From: an uncultured delta proteobacterium
Lineage (GTDB): Bacteria > Desulfobacterota > Binatia > Binatales > Binataceae
Direction: 5' to 3'
Assembly: GCA_963808235.1 (NCBI GenBank)
Contig: CAWEEQ010000004.1
Coordinates: 2,976,001-3,040,000 of the forward strand
Length of the DNA: 64,000 bases
This document shows, in pieces, positions 56,204 through 64,000 of this stretch. Both the position numbers and the translations under genes were made by a program. The first letter of the stretch is position 1; each line of letters opens with the position of its first letter. The notes under the pieces are model-generated. The model saw only the letters and a list, made by a program, of their open reading frames with translations. It was not told the origin of the DNA and ran no database searches.

Positions 56204-56527
56204 AGTCCCCCTTCACCTGACGATATCCGTGGCTACCGGTTCCGAAAAACGTATCCCAACGATGCCTGGACTAGCCGGGTGAATCCTCCCCCGATTCCTC
56301 TTTATCCAATTGCCGTGCCATTTGTACCGTTAAGGTTCCTCTGGTGACAAGACGAGAGATGGTATGCCTAATCGTCGTAAGATATCCCGAGTGCCGTCGA
56401 GACCTCTGATGACCTGTCAATCGCCGATTTTGACGTTGAACACCGCTCCAATATCGCGCTGCCTCACCTTCGCCCCGAATCCTCAGCCTTCCGAAGTGGC
56501 AATCTTGCTACACTCGTTGCGCAGAAT

Positions 56528-58411
56528 GTGCCATCCAGATACATACTCACCGATACGAACAGTTTGATTGCTACTGCCGAACCGACGACCACTCGCGCCG
56601 TTTCGCAGGCAGAAAGGATCTCACTCTTGGGAATCTTGGCGAGCGTTCTCGATTCGAAATTCTTCAAGCACCCGCTCCTCAGTAGGTACACGGCGCTCGT
56701 CAATGAAGACCTGAGCGCTACCTACTCCCGCGACATCCAGAAATGGCTCCTCGTTGCCCCTATCATCGGGATCCTCACCGGCCTCATCACCGCCGGAATC
56801 GCCGTCCTGATCCTCCAGGTAATCTGGGCGGCCCTACTTCCGTACTATCTTGCGCATCATTGGGCAATCGTGGTCGGCGTCGTCGCGGGCTTCTTCGTCA
56901 CCGGGTTGATCATGCAATTCTGCACTGCCGATCCGGACGAGCACTCGACCGAGGAGATCGTCCGCTCCTACCACGAACATCAGGGCGACATCGACATCCA
57001 TCCGTTCTGGTGGAAGTTGCTCGCCGCCATCACCACCGTTGGCTCAGGCGGAAGCGCCGCCCTTGAGGGCCCCGCCATCTACAGCGGTGGCGCGATCGGA
57101 TCCTGGCTATGGACCCGGCTGCGCCGCTTCGGACTCGCCGCGCGCGATCGACGCATCATGCTGATCAGCGGCGCCGCCGCCGGGATGTCCGCGGTCTTCC
57201 GCGCTCCCCTTACCGGCATCGTGTTCGCCCTCGAGATGCCGTACAAAGACGACCTCGCCCACGAGGCGCTGCTCCCATCGCTGATCGCGTCGGTGGTCGC
57301 TTACGCAACCCTGGTGAGCGTCGTCGGCGCGGAGCCGCTGTTCGGTTTCGCCGGCAGCACCACCTTCAGGACCGTCGACGTCGCATGGTCGGCGCTGCTC
57401 GGCGCGGGAATCGGCCTCATCGCGATCGTCTTCGACATCACGTTTCGCCGCGTGCGCACTTTTTTCGTGACCCTGCGGATACCCCATACCCTGAAGCTCA
57501 CCATCGGAGGACTCGGCACCGCGCTATGCGGCCTGCTATTCGTCTCCATCTACGACGGCTCGTTGATTCCGATCGGCCCGAACTACGAGGCGGTGCGCTA
57601 TGTGCTCCGCCATCCGATACCCACCGAGATCCTGCTCGTATTCGCCGCGCTGAAACTGATTGCCACCATTTTCTCACTCGGCTCCGGCGGTGTCAGCGCG
57701 ATGTTCGTCCCCTTGCTCCTGGTCGGCGGATCGATCGGCAACGCATACGCGCAATCCGTCGTCCACGCCCCGACCCATGACTTGTACGCCGCGGTCGGGA
57801 TGGCCGCGTTTATCGCCGCGGGCTACAAGACCCCGCTTACCGCCGTCGTATTCGTCGCCGAGACTACCGGCGGCCATTCGTACATCATCCCGAGTTTGAT
57901 CGGCGCCGCAGTCGCCTACGCAATTTCCGGCGAGGCGTCAGTTTCCGGCGATCAGCATCTTCACGAAACCGCTAAGCTTGCCGATCTCTCCGGGATGACC
58001 GTGCGGGAGGTGATGCGAAAGCACGTCATTTCAGTGCAGGCGGCCACCACGATTCGCGAATTCGTGGCGAGCGTCGCGGTGCATCACCGGCATACTATCT
58101 TTCCGGTCTACGACGGCGACAAAGTTGCCGGAACGATCGAGGTGGCAGATCTAAGCCAGGTCGCACCCGACAATTGGGACACCACCACCGTCGGCAAGGT
58201 GACCGATCGCGGCGCCACCCGGGTCACCGACGACTGCGATCTGAGCGAGGCGCTCAGGTTGCTGGTGCGCGAGGGCGGCAAGCAGATGCTCCTGGTGACC
58301 GGCGATGGCGATGCGCTCGAGGGAATCGTAACCAAAACCGACATCCTGCGCGCCGTCAAACTGGCAGCAGAGTTGCCGGAGGTCGTCGAAGGACGCATCA
58401 CCCGCACCTGA
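56528..58411 (+). CDS. CLC-family anion channel/antiporter with a C-terminal CBS pair (start uncertain)
   Basis: GSGGSAALEGP, GAAAGMSAVFRAPLTG..FALE, GMAAF....KTPLT..F..E.TG, CBS GIVTKTDIL. Confidence 0.9.
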   Translation: MPSRYILTDTNSLIATAEPTTTRAVSQAERISLLGILASVLDSKFFKHPLLSRYTALVNEDLSATYSRDIQKWLLVAPIIGILTGLITAGIAVLILQVIWAALLPYYLAHHWAIVVGVVAGFFVTGLIMQFCTADPDEHSTEEIVRSYHEHQGDIDIHPFWWKLLAAITTVGSGGSAALEGPAIYSGGAIGSWLWTRLRRFGLAARDRRIMLISGAAAGMSAVFRAPLTGIVFALEMPYKDDLAHEALLPSLIASVVAYATLVSVVGAEPLFGFAGSTTFRTVDVAWSALLGAGIGLIAIVFDITFRRVRTFFVTLRIPHTLKLTIGGLGTALCGLLFVSIYDGSLIPIGPNYEAVRYVLRHPIPTEILLVFAALKLIATIFSLGSGGVSAMFVPLLLVGGSIGNAYAQSVVHAPTHDLYAAVGMAAFIAAGYKTPLTAVVFVAETTGGHSYIIPSLIGAAVAYAISGEASVSGDQHLHETAKLADLSGMTVREVMRKHVISVQAATTIREFVASVAVHHRHTIFPVYDGDKVAGTIEVADLSQVAPDNWDTTTVGKVTDRGATRVTDDCDLSEALRLLVREGGKQMLLVTGDGDALEGIVTKTDILRAVKLAAELPEVVEGRITRT

Positions 58412-58460
58412 CTTGAATCGCGCCGTGCCCGTATCTTGTTCCTCACGGCGCGCAATCTGC

Positions 58461-59516
58461 CTACCTGAACCTCGGCATCACCCGCTCCGCAAACTGCCGC
58501 ATCGAGTCCAGCACCTCGCGATGCCCACTCAAGCCGCCCGTCTCGAACCAGCACACCAGCCGCGAAAATTGGAACTGCTCTTTCAGTTGCGCGATCCGAT
58601 CGATGCAATATTCCGCATCGCCGAAAATCCCCATCATCGAATCGACGGTTGGATACTCAATCGTGCGCAAGCGCTCGCGCACCTTCTGGAATTCCGCCTG
58701 ATGCCCCCGCGCGAGACTCTCCGGCTCCACGATCTCGCCGACCGCGTCGAAGTAGTTGCGCAGGCTCGCCTCGATCGTCGCTCGCACTTGCGCGCGGTCG
58801 CGCCCGACAAACACCATCAGCGCCGCCGCCAGCCAATCGTCGGGCCGCTCATGCCCCGCATCTTTCAGCGCACTCTCGTAAATCTTCAGCCGCTCGGCCA
58901 GCACCGGAATCGGATTCACCGGTCCTCCGGCGAAAATCGGATAACCGTTCCGCCCCGCAAAGGTAAACGTGTCCGCACTGTTGGCCGCCAGCCGAATCGG
59001 CGGATGAGGTATCTGGATCGGCTTCGGCACCACCTCGACGCTATGCGCACCGCCGCCCGCGCCGGAACCTGCGGGAAGCGTGATGCGCTTTTGCGTCCAC
59101 GCCGCCTTGATAGCATCGAGTCCATTCTGAAATAGCTCGCGGCTGTCCGCCATCTCCACGCCATAACCGCGATAGTTCAGCGGGAACGCGCCGCGGCCCG
59201 CGCCGAACTCGACCCGCCCTCCGGACAGCACGTCGAGCGTCGCAACTTCCTCGGCGAGGCGCACCGGATGATGCAACGGCATCAGGTTAACCGCCATCCC
59301 GAGCCGAATTCGCGTCGTGCGCTCCGCAATCGCCGCAAGCAGCATCAACGGCGTAGGCATCACCGAAAAGCGCGGCGCAAAATGCACCTCCGCCAGCCAC
59401 ACCGTATCGAACCCAAGCACATCAGCCTCCGCCGCCTCCGCGATCAACTCGCGATACCGCTGATGCGTGTTCTGCGTAACCGCCTCCGGGAGTTGATAGA
59501 AGATGTCGAACTTCAT
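58461..59516 (-). CDS. LLM-class flavin-dependent oxidoreductase
   Basis: GFDTVWLAEVHF, IRLGMAV, HPVRLAEEVATLDVLSGGRVEFGAGRG. Confidence 0.92.
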   Translation of the reverse strand: MKFDIFYQLPEAVTQNTHQRYRELIAEAAEADVLGFDTVWLAEVHFAPRFSVMPTPLMLLAAIAERTTRIRLGMAVNLMPLHHPVRLAEEVATLDVLSGGRVEFGAGRGAFPLNYRGYGVEMADSRELFQNGLDAIKAAWTQKRITLPAGSGAGGGAHSVEVVPKPIQIPHPPIRLAANSADTFTFAGRNGYPIFAGGPVNPIPVLAERLKIYESALKDAGHERPDDWLAAALMVFVGRDRAQVRATIEASLRNYFDAVGEIVEPESLARGHQAEFQKVRERLRTIEYPTVDSMMGIFGDAEYCIDRIAQLKEQFQFSRLVCWFETGGLSGHREVLDSMRQFAERVMPRFR

Positions 59517-59522
59517 CGCTAC

Positions 59523-60629
59523 TCAATAATCCCCCAACACAGCCACGCGCTCGCGATGAAACCCCGGCGATCCAAAATACGACTCGTTGAAGCGCGCCCG
59601 TTTGAACCACAGATGCATATCGTGCTCCCACGTGAACCCAATCCCGCCATGCATCAGCACCGCGCGATCGGTACCGCGACTGTAGATCTCGCACAGCCGC
59701 GCCTTCGCCATCGAGGCCTCGCGCGAGCACTTCCCGTCCGCGCGATAAGCCGCGTACCACAAAAGCGCGCGCGCCGGCTCGAGGTCCGCGACGATCTCCG
59801 CCGCCGCATGCTTCAGCGCCTGGAACGATCCGATCGGCTTGCCGAACTGCTCGCGCACTTTTGAATATTCCACCGCCATCTCGAGTGCGCGCTCAGTGCC
59901 TCCGAGCGAGTCGGCCGCAATAGCAATCGCGCCGACGTCGATCAGTTTCGCGAAGAGATCGCTCCCGCCGCGAAGCAACTCCGCCGGAGCACCTTTCAAT
60001 TCAACGCTCGATATCCGCCGCGTAAGATCGAGATTCTTGAGCGCACGGACCGTCACTCCCGGCGCTTTCGCATCGACGACATACAGAGCAATTTCACCAA
60101 CATCATTTTTGACGACGACGACAATAAAATCGGCAACGTTCGCATACGGCACGAACATCTTGATGCCATCAAGATGAACCAGCCGCCACCCCGTGCCAGT
60201 TTTCTTCGCAACTCCCGCGATATCCGCGGGATCGATACTTCCGGCGCTCTCGACCACCGCAACCGTGCCGATTACCTTTCCCTCCGCGAGCGGAGCGAGC
60301 CATTTCGCATTGAGCTCTTTCGATCCGCCAAGTTTGAGCGCCATTGCCGCCAGCACCGACGAAAATAAAAACGGCCCCGGCATCGCAGCGTAGCCGCCCT
60401 CTTCGAGGATCATCGCCATATCAAGCATCCCGAGCCCCGCACCGCCGAACTCCTCGGGCACAATCAATCCACTCCAACCCAGCTTGGCGATTTGTCCGTA
60501 AAGCTCGCGCGGATACCCGTCGTCGCTAGCCATGATCTTTCTCACGACCTGCGTCGAACATTCCCCATTAAGAAACGCCCGCGCACTTTCCTTGAGCTGA
60601 TGCTGCTCGTCGCTAAGTCCAAAATCCAT
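59523..60629 (-). CDS. Acyl-CoA dehydrogenase (short partner of a heteromeric FadE pair)
   Basis: PEEFGGAG, REQFGKPIGSFQALKH, HGGIGFTWEHD.HL..KRA. Confidence 0.92.
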   Translation of the reverse strand: MDFGLSDEQHQLKESARAFLNGECSTQVVRKIMASDDGYPRELYGQIAKLGWSGLIVPEEFGGAGLGMLDMAMILEEGGYAAMPGPFLFSSVLAAMALKLGGSKELNAKWLAPLAEGKVIGTVAVVESAGSIDPADIAGVAKKTGTGWRLVHLDGIKMFVPYANVADFIVVVVKNDVGEIALYVVDAKAPGVTVRALKNLDLTRRISSVELKGAPAELLRGGSDLFAKLIDVGAIAIAADSLGGTERALEMAVEYSKVREQFGKPIGSFQALKHAAAEIVADLEPARALLWYAAYRADGKCSREASMAKARLCEIYSRGTDRAVLMHGGIGFTWEHDMHLWFKRARFNESYFGSPGFHRERVAVLGDY

Positions 60630-60659
60630 GCTTCGTATTCTCCGTCCTAAGTCCTAAGT

Positions 60660-60973
60660 CCCCTCTCCTTGTCCAAGGAGAGGGTTAGGGAGAGGTCTCA
60701 CGCCCAATGCCACACCTAGCCTCGATATCTACACCAGCGAGCAAGCGTAGATGCGACCTCCCGCGTTGCACCTCACCCGCGCTCGCTTCGTTCCTCACTC
60801 GCGCGACCTCTCCTCGGACAAGGAGAGGTGAAGACCCCCGCACCCAACGCAGAACAATCCTCTCCTCACTATCAATTTCTAACAGGCGCTCCGCGCCGCA
60901 TCTTTCTTATTCTCACTAGGTGCAGGGGTCACCCCTGCCGAAGGAAGTGTGAAACCCACCGCGGGTTTCACAT
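60660..60973. repeat. Intergenic mosaic of repeat families B (two copies, opposed), C (reverse, 60877-60905) and E (60942-60973)
   Basis: CCTCTCCTTGTCCAAGGAGAGG; CCTCTCCTCGGACAAGGAGAGG; TTCTAACAGGCGC..CGCGCCGCATCTTT; TGTGAAACCC..GGGTTTCACA. Confidence 0.75.
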
Positions 60974-61008
60974 TAAATAAAGTGATTTCCCCTTCCCACT
61001 CTCCCTCT

Positions 61009-62195
61009 CTATCTCGACTTCGGCATCTTCAGCCCGCGCTCTGCGATTATGTTTTTCTGGATATGCGACGTGCCGCCGCCGATCACCAGCCCGAGCGAGA
61101 ACATCCATTCGTATGGCCAGTACGCATGGTCCAGCGCCGATTCCTCGTCGCGCGCGAGCATCGCGTAGTCGCCCATCGCGTCCATCGCCGCCGTCGCGAG
61201 ATCGTGGTTCAGCTCGGTGCCGACCAGCTTGTTGATCATCGCCTCGATCCCCGGATTCCTGCCGCGAATCTGATCGGTAAGCTGACGCAGCGAATGCAAC
61301 CGCATCGCTTCGACGCGCGTCTCCAGCTCCACCAGCCGATTCCGGAAGACCGGGTCTTTGGTGAGCGGTATGCCGCCGCGCTTGATCGATTTGGCCAGCG
61401 CGAGCAGCCGATTAAAGCGTTGCTCGCTGCCGCTGGCGGAGCCGAGCATATTGCGCTCGTGAAAAAGGGTGGCGTTGGCGACGATCCATCCTTCGTTGAG
61501 CTTGGCGACCAGGTTTTTGCGCGGCACCCGGACGTTGTCGAAGAAGACTTCGTTGAATCCCTTGTCGCCGGTCATCTGCACCAGCGGACGGACGGTGATT
61601 CCCGGCGAATGCATATCGATCAGGATGTACGAGATCCCCCGATGCTTCGGCGCTTCGGGATCCGTCCTCACCAAACAGAACATCATGTCCGCGTATTGCG
61701 CGCCGGAGGTCCACACTTTCTGTCCGTTGACGACGAACTCGTCGCCGACGATTTCCGCGCGCGTTTTTAGCGACGCGAGGTCGGAGCCTGCGCCGGGCTC
61801 CGAGTATCCCTGGCACCAGATTTCCTCGGCGGTGAGAATTTTCGGCAGGTAGCGTTTTTTCTGTTCCTCGTCGCCCCACGAGATCAGCGTCGGCCCGAGC
61901 ATCCCGAGCCCCGACCCGCCAACCAGGTACGGCGCCTTGGCCCGCACCAATTCATCATTGACGATCGACTGCCGAACCGGATCCAACTCCTGCCCGCCAT
62001 ATTCTTTCGGCCATGCGAGCGCGACATACCCGGCCTCGTACAATTTCCGCTGCCAAGCTTTGGCCTTCGCGAGCCACTCCTTATCTTCCCGCCCCTCCCG
62101 CCCCGCCGCGAGATCACCCTGAGGCATATTCGCGTCAAGCCACGCCGAACCGAAAGCCGAAACTCTTCTTCTTCAGAATTAAATTGAAGGTCCAT
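61009..62195 (-). CDS. Acyl-CoA dehydrogenase (FadE26-like), -1 frameshift near 62145
   Basis: MDLQFNSEEEEFR..VR/AWL split across frames; WCQGYSEPGAGSDLASL, GQKVWTS, FNEVFFD, IGGGTS.IQ.NII.ER.L. Confidence 0.9.
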
Positions 62196-62270
62196 AAATG
62201 ATACGCCAGCATAGTCAAAACCGCCCCACCACGAAAAGCGATGCCGGCGCGGCAGAAAAGATCCATTTCT

Positions 62271-62931
62271 CCCGAAACCTCACGAGGTTTCAGCCTTCCC
62301 GTTGTGGGAGACAAAGATGCGGCGCGGAGCCTGCCCTGAGCGAAGCCGAATGGGCGCCTGTTAGAATTTGAATGAGGAGGAAAAGAAAATCCTCACGTCG
62401 CCGCACGCACACGCGTCGGGGCGATGGCTCGTTCACGCTTCTGAGCTATTTTCGTCTTCCAATTTTTGTGTCATTCCAAGCGAAGCCGAGAGCCTGTCCT
62501 GAGCTTCGCCGAAGGGTTTCAGCCTTCCCATTGTGGGAGAAAAAGATGCGGCGCGATGCGCCTGTTAGAAGTTTGAATGAGGAGGAAAAGAAAAATCCTC
62601 ACGTCGCCGCACGCACACGCGCCGGGGCGATGGCTCGTTCACGCTTCTGAGCTATTTTCGTCTTCCAATTTTTGTGTCATTCCGAGCGAAGCCGAGGAAC
62701 CCCGGATCTTTTTCGATGCGCATCACACCACGCCATCCCCAACATCACCGACCCGCCCGCCAAGTCGATCCACTTCCCCCGAAACCTCACGAGGTTTCAG
62801 CCTTCCCGTTGTGGGAGAAAAAGATGCGGCGCGATGCGCCTGTTAGAAGGTTTCGGGAGGACGGTTCGGTTCCGGTTCCCTCGTCCGTACGGTTCCCTCC
62901 CACGTTCGTCGGGGGAGGGTTAGGGTGGGGG
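62271..62931. repeat. Partly tandem-duplicated, nested REP mosaic (families A, B, C, D, E)
   Basis: A ~120-bp block occurs twice (about 62355-62476 and 62558-62682); GGTTTCAGCCTTCCCRTTGTGGGAGA.AAAGATGCGGCGCG occurs three times; AGCCTG(C/T)CCTGAGC..GCCGAA.GG is inserted twice. Confidence 0.85.
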
Positions 62932-63095
62932 ACACCATGTGCGGCGCGATTTGTCCGGTGCGCCGCACATTCTCTACTGCCCCCGCACCGACGCTTTTCC
63001 GTCACCCCGCGCTACCGCCATCAAAAAAAATTGGTGTCGGAGCCCATCTGCGGCGGATTGCTAGGAGATGGCGCGCGCAAAGGCGACGGTACCTT

Positions 63096-63680
63096 TTACT
63101 GCGCGTTGAATAGACTCTCGCCGGACAGCGAGTACAGGTCGAGGGCAGGATTGCCGTCAGCGTCTACCAGCATGTTCGCCGCAACGTCACCTTCGTTGTT
63201 ATGAATGGAAAGCGCAGAGATCACTTGGTCTCGCGGGAGGTTCTCCCGAGGATCGGACGACGCCAGCATCAGCCGGGGTCTCTCGTCTCCGTCATAGAGC
63301 GCGAGCACTGCCGCGCCGTTCAGAGCCGTCGCGTACAGCGCTACCCGAGCCCGTCCGGCACCATCATAAAGGGCCAGCAACGCGCTGTCTGTATCGGTTG
63401 TCCCAAGCTCCGCGCGCTTCTTACCATTGGAATCGCGAAGAACGAAGCGTCGTGCCTCGATTAGCTCATTTGGTTGACTGCTCACGGCGGTGCGCTCTTC
63501 GATCTCTCCGGCCTCTGGCACGTTCCGAAGAGTCGCCTTCGCGCTTACTCCCTTCCTCCCGATCTTGAACTCTAAAGCACGGTCGAGGAATCGGCCCAAG
63601 GGGCGACAAAAGACGAGCATCGTAATCAGCGCTACCCATTGCCATGTTAGAAGTTTCGTGATCTCGGTCGCGATTTGCAT
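63096..63680 (-). CDS. Hypothetical membrane-anchored protein with beta-repeat 'L.D..G..R..L' units
   Basis: N-terminal TM (WQWVALITMLVF); repeats LRDSNGKKRAEL / LYDGAGRARVAL / LYDGDERPRLML. Confidence 0.7.
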   Translation of the reverse strand: MQIATEITKLLTWQWVALITMLVFCRPLGRFLDRALEFKIGRKGVSAKATLRNVPEAGEIEERTAVSSQPNELIEARRFVLRDSNGKKRAELGTTDTDSALLALYDGAGRARVALYATALNGAAVLALYDGDERPRLMLASSDPRENLPRDQVISALSIHNNEGDVAANMLVDADGNPALDLYSLSGESLFNAQ

Positions 63681-63866
63681 GATCCGCCTCTCAATCGTCA
63701 GCTTCCGCTCGTCTTTTTCCGCCGCGCGCTGTCTTTTCAAACTCTCGTTCGGTATGAGATCGTGCGATGAACATTTGCGCATACGGGTTCAGCCAAGCCG
63801 AGTGAACTCAGACGATCATCGGCATCGTGACCGGCGTTTCGAAAGGTATTGAGGAGAGAGGTTCAC

Positions 63867-64000
63867 TTACTTTCCCTTGAGCCAAGGATCGTCCGTCGCG
63901 ATGCATCTAGCCATCATCCATTCGGCACGTCCCGCCGAATTTCCTTTGCTGTCCTCGATAGCGCTGTTAGCCAAAAGGTTTTGTTGGTTAGCACACTCCC
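63867..64000 (-). CDS. 3' end of a hypothetical protein running off the window
   Basis: Open frame ..ECANQQNLL..MMARCIATDDPWLKGK* to TAA at 63867. Confidence 0.45.
   Translation of the reverse strand, partial: ECANQQNLLANSAIEDSKGNSAGRAEWMMARCIATDDPWLKGK

Noticed and set aside
56305-56320. Sigma-54 promoter for the response regulator (TGGCACGGCAATTGGA)
   Set aside because: Good -24 element, but the -12 reads GG rather than GC; possible but not supportable.
62271-62931. CRISPR array
   Set aside because: Units are long, irregular and nested, the 'spacers' are themselves duplicated, and there are no cas genes.

Overview
GC-rich bacterial chromosomal segment. Gene content (several LLM/F420-type oxidoreductases, a paired acyl-CoA dehydrogenase, amidohydrolases, selA) is reminiscent of Candidatus Binatota or other soil deltaproteobacteria-like lineages; this is inference only. 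About 50 genes. Left arm: MFS-selA-dodecin-LLM-(Zn-ribbon/TonB_C-like/BON) run. Then a galactoside salvage trio (GH36, eukaryote-type galactokinase, nucleotidyltransferase), ribB(X)-dsbD-CADD-like, gyrBA preceded by a DnaA-box/DnaA-trio-like region, GST, and an alanine-glyoxylate aminotransferase divergent from glcDEF. A 15 kb nitrogen cluster follows: amt, two hypotheticals, APC permease, PP2C phosphatase, Ser/Thr kinase, amt, Lrp, gltB, gltD. It has sigma-54-type promoters and no PII/GlnK gene, and is the best candidate for an undescribed system (phosphorylation-controlled ammonium uptake). The right third holds catabolic/accessory genes interleaved with at least five families of short REP-like repeats. 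About nine single-base frameshifts, several in housekeeping genes, suggest uncorrected read/assembly indels. No rRNA, tRNA, CRISPR array or transposase was recognised.
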